A stretch of DNA of 64,000 nt from Macrostomum lignano (GCA_002269645.1 NIVC01002076.1:7847-71846); one strand, 5' to 3'; shown: positions 1 through 12,744, counted from the first letter of the stretch. Made by a program: numbers and translations. The notes: generated by a model from the letters alone, not told the origin.

Positions 1-1938
1 TGCAACAGCTCCGCTATCTGCCGCAGCTCCTGCAACAGCTCCGCTATCTGCCGCAGCTCCTGCAACAGCTCCGCTATCTGCCGCAGCTCCTGCAACAGCT
101 CCGCTATCTGCCGCAGCTCCTGCAACAGCTCCGCTATCTGCCGCAGCTCCTGCAACAGCTCCGCTATCTGCCGCAGCTCCTGCAACAGCTCCGCTATCTG
201 CCGCAGCTCCTGCAACAGCTCCGCTATCTGCCGCAGCTCCTGCAACAGCTCCGCTATCTGCCGCAGCTCCTGCAACAGCTCCGCTATCTGCCGCAGCTCC
301 TGCAACAGCTCCGCTATCTGCCGCAGCTCCTGCAACAGCTCCGCTATCTGCCGCAGCTCCTGCAACAGCTCCGCTATCTGCCGCAGCTCCTGCAACAGCT
401 CCGCTATCTGCCGCAGCTCCTGCAACAGCTCCGCTATCTGCCGCAGCTCCTGCAACAGCTCCGCTATCTGCCGCAGCTCCTGTAACAGCTCCGCTATCTG
501 CCGCAGCTCCTGCAACAGCTCCGCTATCTGCCGCAGCTCCTGCAACAGCTCCGCTATCTGCCGCAGCTCCTGCAACAGCTCCGCTATCTGCCGCAGCTCC
601 TGCAACAGCTCCGCTATCTGCCGCAGCTCCTGCAACAGCTCCGCTATCTGCCGCAGCTCCTGCAACAGCTCCGCTATCTGCCGCAGCTCCTGCAACAGCT
701 CCGCTATCTGCCGCAGCTCCTGCAACAGCTCCGCTATCTGCCGCAGCTCCTGCAACAGCTCCGCTATCTGCCGCAGCTCCTGCAACAGCTCCGCTATCTG
801 CCGCAGCTCCTGCAACAGCTCCGCTATCTGCCGCAGCTCCTGCAACAGCTCCGCTATCTGCCGCAGCTCCTGCAACAGCTCCGCTATCTGCCGCAGCTCC
901 TGCAACAGCTCCGCTATCTGCCGCAGCTCCTGCAACAGCTCCGCTATCTGCCGCAGCTCCTGCAACAGCTCCGCTATCTGCCGCAGCTCCTGCAACAGCT
1001 CCGCTATCTGCCGCAGCTCCTGCAACAGCTCCGCTATCTGCCGCAGCTCCTGCAACAGCTCCGCTATCTGCCGCAGCTCCTGCAACAGCTCCGCTATCTG
1101 CCGCAGCTCCTGCAACAGCTCCGCTATCTGCCGCAGCTCCTGCAACAGCTCCGCTATCTGCCGCAGCTCCTGCAACAGCTCCGCTATCTGCCGCAGCTCC
1201 TGCAACAGCTCCGCTATCTGCCGCAGCTCCTGCAACAGCTCCGCTATCTGCCGCAGCTCCTGCAACAGCTCCGCTATCTGCCGCAGCTCCTGCAACAGCT
1301 CCGCTATCTGCCGCAGCTCCTGCAACAGCTCCGCTATCTGCCGCAGCTCCTGCAACAGCTCCGCTATCTGCCGCAGCTCCTGCAACAGCTCCGCTATCTG
1401 CCGCAGCTCCTGCAACAGCTCCGCTATCTGCCGCAGCTCCTGCAACAGCTCCGCTATCTGCCGCAGCTCCTGCAACAGCTCCGCTATCTGCCGCAGCTCC
1501 TGCAACAGCTCCGCTATCTGCCGCAGCTCCTGCAACAGCTCCGCTATCTGCCGCAGCTCCTGCAACAGCTCCGCTATCTGCCGCAGCTCCTGCAACAGCT
1601 CCGCTATCTGCCGCAGCTCCTGCAACAGCTCCGCTATCTGCCGCAGCTCCTGCAACAGCTCCGCTATCTGCCGCAGCTCCTGCAACAGCTCCGCTATCTG
1701 CCGCAGCTCCTGCAACAGCTCCGCTATCTGCCGCAGCTCCTGCAACAGCTCCGCTATCTGCCGCAGCTCCTGCAACAGCTCCGCTATCTGCCGCAGCTCC
1801 TGCAACAGCTCCGCTATCTGCCGCAGCTCCTGCAACAGCTCCGCTATCTGCCGCAGCTCCTGCAACAGCTCCGCTATCTGCCGCAGCTCCTGCAACAGCT
1901 CCGCTATCTGCCGCAGCTCCTGCAACAGCTCCGCTATC
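1..1938. repeat. 30-bp minisatellite (TGCAACAGCTCCGCTATCTGCCGCAGCTCC)n, at least 64 units, truncated by the window start
   Basis: Exact 30-bp period; one TGC->TGT variant at 481-483. Confidence 0.98.
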
Positions 1939-2439
1939 CACCGCCGCTCTTTGCAACAGCAGCGCCCCCTACCAGAATTATAGGATGAAAGGAGCGCATG
2001 AAAGGAAATTTACCAATTCATGCGATCTGTTGCACGCTGTACACCAACAAAATAATGGTCAAACACAGCGTTCAGCTCAAAGAGTGAAATACAGTTATCA
2101 ACAAATCATTCTCTTGGATTGGAACCAGTATTGCTTTTGACGATGTAAAGGAGACTTGCGCCAATCCAAATTTAAAAAAGTTGAAGTTGAAAAAGTGACA
2201 GATTGAAAATTGCTGTATTCCATTAAATCAAGGACTTTTGTGTAAGTGCCAGATCTACATTTTCTTGATTCTATCCGTGATCCGAAGATCAAATACTAAG
2301 TTTGCTGCTAGCTCAATCTGCTCTCGTTTCCATATACTCGTAGTTCGCTTGAGGACTGAGGAGCATACTCGTATGGATCAGTGAGGAGTCTAGCTAGTCT
2401 CGTTTAGATCATCAAAAGCAATGCAGTATAGCAATACAA

Positions 2440-2630
2440 TGTATTTCAAAGGATTATTATGCTAGTAGCATTCAACAAAAGATTGGTTTAGGCGCCTGCG
2501 TCACGCAATGTAAAATTATTGGCGCAATGCTACGTCAGTGCATGCGGAAGTACTATATAGTTTTAATACAGCACAGCGGAAGTTCCTAAATAATGACATC
2601 GGAAATTGAATTTTTCGATAATATTACACA
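2440..2630. promoter_or_regulatory. Promoter-like motif cluster inside block E
   Basis: GATTGG (CCAAT), CGTCACGC/TACGTCA (CRE-like), TTGGCGC (E2F-like) and two GCGGAAGT (ETS-like) within about 190 bp. No target gene identified. Confidence 0.25.
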
Positions 2631-2841
2631 CAATAAATAGCACTAACACCGATCAGTAAAAGTAAAGCACAAGAAAAATGCACGGAATTAAAAATAAATT
2701 TGTTTTCCTGGTTGGTTCGGAATTAAATCAGTGAAACAGTAAGAAGTATAAGATTTTTTAATCGCGAGTACGAGATATGCACCATCACAGTTTGCAGCTG
2801 GGCAAATTATTCTGAAGAGAAAACAACAAGGCAAGGTTGAG

Positions 2842-3372
2842 TTAAGAGTAACAGTTCACAATGGGAGGCAGTGTCAGATCAGTTCTTTCAGTGCTAACTC
2901 TCTGAAAGCGACAACAGCGTGCGCCTGGCCGATCACCCAGCGTCATCCAGCAGGCAATCCGCGTAGCGACCCGCCCGGCCGTAATCCCGGCGCCAGGGGC
3001 CCTGCATCGTGAGCAGCAGGACGTCCTGCACTGGTTCAATGGTTGAGAACAGTAGGCCTCCACGCGGATGGTGTGGCCCACCAGCTGAAGTCTTCGCCTG
3101 CGGAAGGTCTCGCTGGGTAGTCGCAGCGAGGGTGCAACGAGGTAGAGCTGCTGCACAACCGTCGGGCGTCCCAGCAGGTGATTTTGATAGGCAGCTCCGC
3201 GGGTACAGTCATCACCTCGTCTTCTCGGTGTTGATGCCCGACCGATGCCGCAGCTGCCACCAGGCTGTCTAGCATGCGCTGGGGCTCCCTCAGCCGTAGA
3301 GGCGGGCAGCGCCAGGTCGTCGGCGTAACCCAGGAGTGACAGCCGCTTCTCCGATTGGCGGCTGTTTGTTCG
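2842..3372 (-). mobile_element. Frameshifted 3' remnant of a non-LTR retrotransposon reverse transcriptase (RTE-like)
   Basis: Minus strand gives RLSLLGYADDLAL..STAEGAQRMLDSL..A.SVG.INTEKTEVM and RRRRLQLVGHTIR; YADD at 3316-3327. Confidence 0.8.
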
Positions 3373-3589
3373 GTAGGAAGTAGAAAGCCGTACTCATCCT
3401 GTTGGCAGGGCCCTCCGTAGCATTGTCTCCATTGCTTGGTTTGCTATTGTTAGGTTTTGCCTTGGCCTTATCTTTTTCTCCCCATCGAGGAGATTCTGAA
3501 GAGAGGAAGGAGAAATATTCGTTTTTACTTCTAAAACGGATAATTAAATTTAATTAACAAAGCTACGAAAAAAGGGTGAGGCTGAAAAG

Positions 3590-5640
3590 GAGAATAGGGT
3601 GGGGACTGCAGGGGCGAAGGGTGGGCCAGTAGGGGCGAAGATGTTCATGCTGGGGGAGGAGAGGGTGAGGCTGGAGGGGAGGAGAGGCTGAGCACTTGAG
3701 GGGAGGAGAGGCTGAGCACTCGAGGGGAGGAGAGGCTGAGCACTTGAGGGGAGGAGAGGCTGAGCACTCGAGGGGAGGAGAGGTTGGGGTTGGGGAAAGA
3801 AGGCGGTGGTGCTGGAAGGAAGGATGGGGCTAAAGGGTAAGAGGGTGGGGCTAGAGGGTAGAAGAGGATGGAAGCTGGAGGGGAGCGTGGGGCAGTAGGG
3901 GAAGAGGGCGGGGCTTGAGGGAAGGAGAGTCGGGCTGGAGGGAAGGAGGGTGGTGCTGCAGAGAAGGAGGGTAGGGCTGGAGGGAAGGAGGGTGGGGCTG
4001 GAGGGAAGGAGAGTGGGGCTGGAGGGAAGGAGAGTGGGGCTAGAGGAAAGGAGAGCAGGGCTGGAGGGAAGGAGGGTGTGGCTGGAGGGAAGGAGGGTGG
4101 GGCTGGAGGGAAGGAGAGTGGGGCTGGAGGGAAGGAGAGTGGGGCTAGAGGAAAGGAGAGCAGGGCTGGAGGGAAGGAGGGTGTGGCTGGAGGGAAGGAG
4201 GGTAGGGCTAGAGGGAGGGAGGGTGGGGCTGGAGCTAAGGCGAGTGGGGCTGGAGGGAAAGGGGTAGGGTTAGAGGGAAGGATGGGGTGGAAGGGTAAGA
4301 GGGTGGGGCTAGAGGGTGGAAGAGGATGGAAGCTGGAGGGGAGCGTGGGGCAGTAAAGGAAGAGGGCGGGGCTTGAGGGAAGGAGAGTGGGGCTGGAGGG
4401 AAGGAGTGTCGGGCTGGAGGGAAGGAGGGTGGGGCTGGAGGGAAGGAGAGTGGGGCTGGAGGGAAGGAGGGTAGGGCTAGAGGGAAGGAGGGTGGGCTAG
4501 AGGGAAGGCGAGTGGGGCTGGAGGGAAGGAGGGTAGGGCTAGAAGGAGGGAGGGTGGGTCCTGGAGGGAGGAGAGGGTGGAAGCTGGAAGGGAGGGTGGA
4601 AAGTCGAGGAGGAGGGCAGGGCTAGAGGGAAGGAGGGTGGGGATGGAGGGAAGGAGAGTGGGGCTGGAGGGAAGGAGGGTAGGGCTGGAGGGAAGGAGGG
4701 TAGGGCTGGAGGGAAAGGGGGTAGGGTTAGAGGGAAGGATGGGGCTGAAGGGTAAGAGGGTGGGGCTAGAGGGTAGAAGAGGATGGAAGCTGGAGGGGAG
4801 CGTGGGGCAGTAGGGGAAGAGGGCAGGGCTTGAGGGAAGGAGAGTCGGGCTGGAGGGAAGGAGGGTGGGGCTGGAGGGAAGGAGAGTGGGGCTGGAGGGA
4901 AGGAGAGTGGGGCTGGAGGAAAGGAGGGTAGGGCTAGAGGGAAGGAGGGTAGGGCTAGAGGGAAGGAGGGTGGGCTAGAGGGAAGGAGGGTGGGCTAGAG
5001 AGAAGGAGGGTGGGGCTAGAGGGTAGGAGGGTGGTGCTGCAGAGAAGGAGGGTAGGGCTGGAGGGAAAGGGGGTAGGGTTAGAGGGAAGGATAGGGCTGA
5101 AGGGTTGGGCTAGAGGATAGAAGATGGAAGCTGGAGGGGAATGCGGGGTAGTAGGGGAAAAAGGTAGGGCTAGAAGGAAAGCAGGGTAGCAGGGAGGGAG
5201 GATAGGGCTGGAGGGAAGGAGGGTAGTGTTGCAGGGAGGGAGGGTAGGGCTGGAGAGAAGGAGGGTGGTGGTGCAGGGAAGGAGGGTAGGGCTTGAAAGG
5301 GAGGAGGGTGAGGCTAGAAAGAAGGATAAGACTGGAAGGTAGGATGAGACTAGAGTGGAGGAGGATAGGGCTGGAAAGAAAAAAAGATGGGGCTAGAGGT
5401 TCAAAGAGGTTTAGGTGGGGCTGGAGGAAGAGGTGAGGCTAGGAGGGTTAGGCTGGAGAGGAGAAGAGAGTAAGGGCTAGAAATGAGGAAAGTAAGAACT
5501 AGAAAAGAGAAGGTAGGTAGTGAAGAGGAGAGAATAAGGATTCAAGGGGAAGACATGATGGGGCTAAAATAAAGAAAGGAGTAATATTGGAAGGAAGAGG
5601 AGGTAAATTTTTCAAAAAGAAAATAGGTCTAGAAAGAAGA
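3590..5640. repeat. Purine-rich degenerate ~21-bp tandem repeat (GGGCTGGAGGGAAGGAGAGTG-like)
   Basis: Visible periodicity that decays toward the 3' end; mirrored at about 52100-54145. Confidence 0.9.
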
Positions 5641-7311
5641 ACAGGATATAGATAGAGGTTAGAGAGGAAGAAAAGGTCATGACTACTAGATAGATATCAT
5701 GACTTACTTTATAATGGTAGTAAATAACTAGTTGCCAGTCTATGGTTTATGGCTTTAAGTTTATAATCTAATTTCTAAAATATTTTTTAATTTTGTGGAG
5801 AAATCTTATTTATCAAAATATTTAAAAAATGTGCATAATATTTCAATATAGAATGTGCTCTATATTATCTTGTTTTATATTTCCATTTTTGATGCTTATA
5901 AAACAGATTTATAATATTTGTTAGAAAAAATTAATATAAATATTATAATACTTCCATTCCTATAGCCTTAGTAAATTGTATAAAATATAAGCTAATTAAA
6001 TTAAATCAAAGAAGGACCAAATTAACTTTACATCCAAGAAAGAAAAAAGATGCTTATTAATACTATTATTAAGTCAAAAGAACATTTTAATAATATAACA
6101 TAAAGGTAAAGGCTAGGCCTTATAACACAAAAGAAAAGAAAATATTTTAGATTTAGGGCTACTAGTCAATAGAAGAAAATAATCAGTGAAACAGTAGGCT
6201 TTGTATTACTAAATGCAAAATTACTAGGCCTAGCTGCCTAGGTAGTTTTAAATTTAATCTATTGCCATTGACATTGGTAGAACAGTAGGTCCTAAATAAA
6301 TCTGTAACAAAATGGCAATAGTAGTAAAATTTAATATTTAGGTCGAACAGCATAGCATAGGCCTAGCCGATTAGACCAAGAATAAGATAGCTAGGTAAGA
6401 TGCGCAACTTCCTAGACTAGAACTAGCTACATTGGTCACTAGCCCTTTAAATTTTTGCTAATCCTGACGCAGGCTAATTATTTTAATAGCTAGCTAGAAT
6501 GGAATTTGAATTATACAGTTTACCAACATCACCCGTGACAACTTCTACACGCGAGTACACGGAAGCCTTAAAATGCATAAAAATATGGGTACAAATACCT
6601 ATCGACGGGTATTATCTGCCTTTAAGGAAAATGCTCTCAAGGAAAAGGCTAAAAAAAAAGGTTAAGGCTCTTGTGAAGAGGTATTTTTGAGCCTTACGTT
6701 GTGTCACGGGTGATACATCTTACTAATACATTTTCGTACACAAAACATGTATTGACCGCTTCTGAAGCCGAAAAAAACGTGTCCTATTCTGCTACGTGTT
6801 TGTGACACTGATGGAACTATAATTATAGATCAACCTACCTCGCGGAGCCTAGTAGTAGATATATAGCCACAAGCATAATTGAGTTTGTAGACCTAAGTGT
6901 AAGTGATCAAGTTTTTTGTGTTTAGTGTGGTAGTAGTATCAATTCATCTTGGCAATTCCAAAGGTACAGAATTTTGCTGAATTGTTGAATGAACGTAGGG
7001 GCCTAACAATTGCAAGTTGTGTATAGGCCTATGCCCAAAGTTTAGATATTCAAGAAGGCCTACAGTACAGCTTTTCGGACTTTTCAGCCTTCGAGTCTTT
7101 TAGACCCACTGCGTGGCCGTGTGGACTAGCTAGTAGTCATCTGACTTCTTAGGTAGGCCTAAACTAAGCTGCCTAGTAGGTGAGGTTTAATTACATATAG
7201 ATACTAGATAGGCCAATCATTAGAAACTAGATAGTAAACCTTGTAAGTTTCCTAGGCCTACTAAAGCATTGGAACAAGTCAAATCGTTTTTGTAAAGGCT
7301 AGGGCCTAAGC

Positions 7312-7474
7312 ATGTCAAATGTTGTCAAACAACTTGCTGGAGGTGGTGGTGGTCAAAGTTTAATGGACCGTGTAACAGCAGCCAAGCATTCAATATCTGG
7401 AGCTGGTTTGGCAAAAGTGATTTGCAAAGCAACAACTGAAGAGCAAATGGCTCCAAAGAAAAAACATTTATATT
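7312..7474 (+). CDS. PICALM: PICALM/AP180 (ANTH clathrin assembly protein) exon 1 of 8; predicted protein 613 aa
   Basis: M...[38 protein letters not shown] matches the ANTH N-terminus; donor T|GTAAGT. The eight exons sum to 1842 nt in frame. Confidence 0.9.
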
Positions 7475-10092
7475 GTAAGTATTCTATAGGGGCCTATTTG
7501 CATTTTTAAATAAAATTTCTAAGTTGATATTTTTTTGCAATTGAATTATATAGGCTTTACCTAACCTAGGCCCTATATTAGCCTAATTATAAATAAAAAT
7601 GATTGATTAATGATAATAGAGATATTATGTCTAGGCTTCCTTAGGTGTAATATAATAAAAATGTTCTTAAATTAAATTCTATTTATCAATTTTAAACTTG
7701 CCATTTATTTAAAAATTTTTAAATGATTTTATAATAGGGGGCCTATTATATTATAATAAGATTAGGGCCTACCAATAATAACCAATCAATAAATTTTTTT
7801 TCTTTCCTCTTCTTTCCTCTCTCCTCTTTTGTTTTTCTCTTCCAATAAATAAAATTTTATTAGACTTAAAAAAAGTTTAAACTTAAAAAATTAAAAGCTA
7901 TTGAAACTTATACATGGGCAATTGTTAGCCAACTTAGCTAATCTGGCCATTGTAAATTGTGGTAAACTAGGGGTAAGTCACAAAAATGAGTTGACCAAAA
8001 ATGAAAAAAGACAAAAACCAAGAAAAAGACATGAAAAAAGAAAAAAAAGCAATTCAAAAAAAGTAAAAATGGTGAAACAAAAGAAAAAAGTTATAAAAGG
8101 AGTAAATTAAGTTGCAAAAAAGGTTAGGTAAGTTGCAAAGAGAGCAAACTAAGTTGCAAAAAATATTAGATAAGTCATAAAGGAATAAACTAAGTTGCAT
8201 TCCATAGTTAGGCACTTCAGTGAGAAAATTAAATTTCAGAAATTGTTATAGGCTGCTATTTCACTAGATAGATCTTACTTTCCCATTTCCAAAATGGCCA
8301 AACTTTAGTGATTTGGTTGAGTAATAAGGAAACTACAGCTATTTTAGTAACCCCGATTTGTGCCTTTAGCCAATGGAATTTTTACATTACGGTTTGTGAT
8401 CATTTTTGGCCAAAAAGTTGGCTTTTTGTCTTTGAACACTTGTAATTAATTTTCTAGCCAACCAAAATGACTGTGCTTGGTGTCATTTTGTTCAGTTTTT
8501 TAGTGTTAATTGTATGAATTATATATTTTAATATTATTTTATATGCCCAAGTTGCTAAGCTAATTGAAACAGGATGGGTGTATGAAATTTTGACTATTTT
8601 AACCAGATACGCAATGATTGCAATTTTAAAAATACAATAGCATCTGTTCTGCTTGCTTAATTTATACAAGGCTAGTGTCATTTTGTTCAGGTTTTTACCT
8701 ACTATAATACTATTCTACTTCTTGCCCTAAATTTTTAATGCATGACAGACACCCCAACTGCAATGTAATGTGCTGTACAGGCTTTGCGCATGGGTTTATT
8801 AAAAAACGGTTTTGCCTATCGTGTTCAGCATAGCAGAATTAGTTAAATGACACAGAGAACTAGTTTGCCGGAAGGCAGAGTCTCACAAAAAACACGAAAT
8901 ACACGTTTCAATGGGTATTTTACATGTAAACGTATCAAAAAAAGAAACCTCCACAAAATTTTTGCGCCTATAGCTATTGGCAAGCGGTTTTTTTACTGTG
9001 CTTGTATTATCAATAGGTAATGAAAAATATAAAGAGAAACAATGCAGGAAAAGGATTTCATGGAAAATTTTGGATTTGAAATTTTGCATAAAGCCATATG
9101 GGCATTAAAAGAAAAAAAAATTTTTTTTTAACACCAGAAAAATGTTTCTAAATTATCCCTTTACACTATAAAACCTTTGTTTCCATTATAAGAAACACAT
9201 TGCAGCTAAGAAAAAGCATTTTCTGAACCACTGTTTTTTTATTCATTTTGGCTTCAATTTTATATTCCTCCTAAAAAATGGTCAACTTTAAAAATAGACA
9301 GTGCAGAAAGTATAACAAAGCTAGACTTGCAGTTGGTGTCATTTGAAAGAGCTCCTTTTTACCTTTTAAATGCATATTTTACTTTCATCCTGGCTTCTAT
9401 AGTTTCTTTAAAATCGCCCTTGAAAAATTGAACTTTTTTCTTACTTTTTTGCCATTGGCACGCACTTCTTATAACTCACTGAAGTCCCTACCATAGTCCA
9501 AAAGGTGGCCTTTACGCCGGAATTTTCCGGCATATTTTTGCTTTCGCTGACAATATTGGCATATACTTGGCATATAGAATTTTAAGGCTCAACATGGAGT
9601 GTACACAGTCGATGTACAAAAAATTGCCAAGTTCAAGGCTAATGTAATTGTGTAGTTATATGTCAACCAACTTTGAAAGCTCTTTAAAAATAATCAGAAA
9701 CTAAAATAAAAAATAATAATGCAATCACAAGAAAATAAAAATTAAAACAAATAATATTAGTTTTTAGCAAAAAAACAGCTGTTTTAAAGTCTAGTAGAAG
9801 TTTAAAATTCTTAAAAATATATATTAGTTAAAAATGGCCCATAAAGAATTTTAGTCTTGGTGTAAATTTTTTTTTTATTTTACGTCAGCGTAAAATTGAA
9901 AAAACAAATTTCATTCCGGCGTACGCCTGCCATGATCCAGACTATGGGTTGCATTTTTGGTCAAAACTAAGTCACATGGCCAGTGTAATTCTAGAGGTTG
10001 CACATATATATTGAAACCTATTCTTATATAAATTGAAAGTCATGTTTATTGCTTAAAAAACTTTTTAAAGGTTAGGATAAGGGTAAACAAAA

Positions 10093-10560
10093 ATGTATAT
10101 GAATATTAAGACCTTTGAAACTTCTTTTTCTCTTATCATATTATCATTTTCTTCTTTAATATTTTGTTTCTCTTTTCTTTTTTCTATTTTCTCTATTCTC
10201 TTAGTTCTTTTTTTTTCTTTATCATTTTTCCTATTTACTATTTTTCTTTCTTCTTTGCTTCTCTTTTCTCTATTCTCCTTCTCTTCTATTTCTCATCTCT
10301 TTTCTCATTTTTCTTATCTTTTTATATCTTGCTCTTTTATTTTATCTTTCCTCTCTAATCTTTTATCTCCTTTCTCTTCATCTTCTTTCTTTTATATTCT
10401 CCTATATTATCTTTTCTTTCTTTTCTTTTTACTTTCTCTTTTCTTCTTCTCTTCTTTCTTCTCTCTCCTCTCTCCTCTTTCTTCTTTTGTAGTCTTTGTC
10501 TTCTCTGTTTGTTAATCTCTAATCTTATATTCCCTCTCAATTAGGGTTAGAAAGTTTGGT
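10093..10560. repeat. Pyrimidine-rich (T/C) low-complexity tract in PICALM intron 1
   Basis: Almost only T/C with scattered A. Confidence 0.8.
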
Positions 10561-11019
10561 AACATTTTTGTTGAAGATAATATTAAGAAAAAAGGATTTA
10601 GGAAAGAAAAGAGAAAAAATAAGAGTTAAAAAAGAGGAAGTGGGGAAAGAAGAAAGATAAAGTTTCAAAATAACTAAGGGTGAGTGCTAAATAGAGAGTC
10701 TTTGCTAGCCAGAGTTTGCCAACCCTTATTTTAGAGTTTATAAAATCAATGAGAAACTATTGGTATAGGCTGCTTATGTCAAAAATCTTGTCTATGTTTG
10801 AAGCTTGAGGGCTTAAGTAACCCAATATTAGAAAAAGCAGGAAAAAATTTACATGCTCACAATTTCTATCCTAATTGAGTTGTAGAAGTGATACTTTCTT
10901 TTTTAAGACAGAGAATTAGTCAATGAAAAAAAGTTTGAAATAAATTGCTTCTTCTAAAGCAAACTTTTAGCAGCCAAAAGTTAGCCCATTGTCACTATTT
11001 TCACTAAGGTCATCTCAGC

Positions 11020-11575
11020 AATTCCCTCTGAGCTGAGGACATAGCTCCCTCCCCATGAGCCTTGTCATCTCAGCAATTACTCCATTAGCCTTGTCATCTC
11101 AGCAATTACTCCATGAGCCTTGTCATCTCAGCAATTACTCCACGAGCCTTGTCATCTCAGCAATTACTCCATTAGCCTTGTCATCTCAGCAATTACTCCA
11201 CGAGCCTTGTCATCTCAGCAATTACTCAATTAGCCTTGTCATCTCAGCAATTACTCCACGAGCCTTGTCATCTCAGCAATTACTCCATTAGCCTTGTCAT
11301 CTCAGCAATTACTCCATTAGCCTTGGCATCTCAGCAACTCCCCCATAAGCTTTGGGATCTCAGCAATTCCCCCCATGAGCCTTGGGATCTCAGCAACTCC
11401 CCCCATGAGCCTTGGGATCTCAGCAACTCCCCCATGAGCCTTGGGATCTCAGCAATTCCCCCCATTAGCCTTGGGATCTCAGCAACTCCCCCCATGAGCC
11501 TTGGCATCTCAGCAACTCCCCCCATGAGCCTTGGGATCTCAGCAACTCCCCCTTGAGCCTTGGGATCTCAGCAAT
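11020..11575. repeat. 29-30-bp intronic minisatellite GAGCCTTG(TC/GG)ATCTCAGCAA(T/C)T(A/C)C(T/C)CCAT
   Basis: Tandem units with two variant sub-blocks. Confidence 0.92.
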
Positions 11576-11635
11576 CCCACAGTATTCAAACCCTATAAAC
11601 ACTAATTCACGCACTCATTGCTCCCACCCCGGCAG

Positions 11636-11946
11636 ACCTAGTGGAATGCACCAACGAGAGCAACATCAGCATTCCCGAGCTGGCTAACGAGCTACTAGAA
11701 CGGCTGAAGAATCAAAACTGGGTTGTCGTGTTCAAAACTCTAATTAGCATTCACCACCTGATGAACTATGGCAATGAGAGATTCACGCAGTATTTAGCCT
11801 CAAATAACTGCAGCTTTGCTTTGCTAAACTTCTCCGATAAGTCTAGCGTTCAGGGCGCCGATATGTCGCGATTTATTTGTCGGTATAGCGCCTACGTGCA
11901 GGAGAAAGCCATCGCTTATAGGAGCCTGGCATTCGACTTCTGCAAG
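11636..11946 (+). CDS. PICALM: PICALM/AP180 exon 2
   Basis: GGCAG| then YLVECTNE..NWVVVFKTLISIHHLMNYGNERFTQYLAS..FDFCK then |GTGAGA. Confidence 0.93.
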
Positions 11947-12365
11947 GTGAGACAATCTTGTTATTAACAATCGATGTGATTGTAATTTTTATTGAAATAT
12001 GGGATTTAGGCATGAAAATATGCTGTTGTAATCGTTGCACAGATGGGAGTGCACTGGTCGTAGATTGGGATAGCGCTTTCTAAAGATGGGCGTTGGAATG
12101 TGTTGTAGAGGAGAGAATGTGTTGTACATGGGAATGTTTTGTACAGCTGGGAATGTATTGTATAGATGGGAATGTGTTGTACTGGTAAGAATGTATTGTG
12201 GGTTGTATATGTGGAAATGTGCTGTACAGTCAAGAATGTATTGTTTAGGTGGGAATGTGTTGTACATTCAATTTGGAATGTGCTATAGAGTCGGTAATGT
12301 GCTACGAGCACAAGAATGCTTTTTCAACATGTTAATGTTTTATTATTTCCCCATTAAACTCACAG

Positions 12366-12686
12366 ATAAAGCGCGGTTCTGAAGACGCCGTCCTGCGCAC
12401 AATGTCCGCCGAGAAGCTGCTAAAGTCGCTGCCAGTGCTCATTGCTCAATTTGACTCTTTGCTCAGCTTTGACGCCCGCGGCAACGAGCTTAGCAACGCG
12501 GTGATTAGCGCGGCATTCGCTCTGATGTACAGGGACGCCACCCGGCTGTTTGTGGCCTTTAACGACGGGATTATTAACCTGCTGTCCAAGTTCTTCGAGG
12601 CCATGAGCAAGAAGCAGTGCAAAGAGTCGCTGGAGATTTATAGGAAATTTGTCACGCGAAGCGAACGGCTTAATGAGTTCTCTAAG
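12366..12686 (+). CDS. PICALM: PICALM/AP180 exon 3
   Basis: CACAG| then IKRG..LRTMSAEKLLKSLP..FNDGIINLLSKFF..QCKESLEIYRKF..EFSK then |GTAAGA. Confidence 0.93.
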
Positions 12687-12744
12687 GTAAGATGGATTAC
12701 CTATAATGTTGTATTGTAATTTGTGTGTTAATGAGTTTAACGTA

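Larger units (their letters stand above)
1..6814 (+). repeat. Segmental block E, copy 1
   Basis: Near-identical reverse complement of 50921-57587 (paired coordinates sum to about 57735-57736, e.g. ORF 6499-6690 vs 51045-51236). Homology ends at ...GTGACACTGATGG (6814). Confidence 0.95.

Noticed and set aside
8190-11000. Diverged similarity between 8190-8450 and 10730-11000, and transposon-like stretches at 9200-9950
   Set aside because: Probably old DNA-transposon debris, but ends and family cannot be defined by eye.
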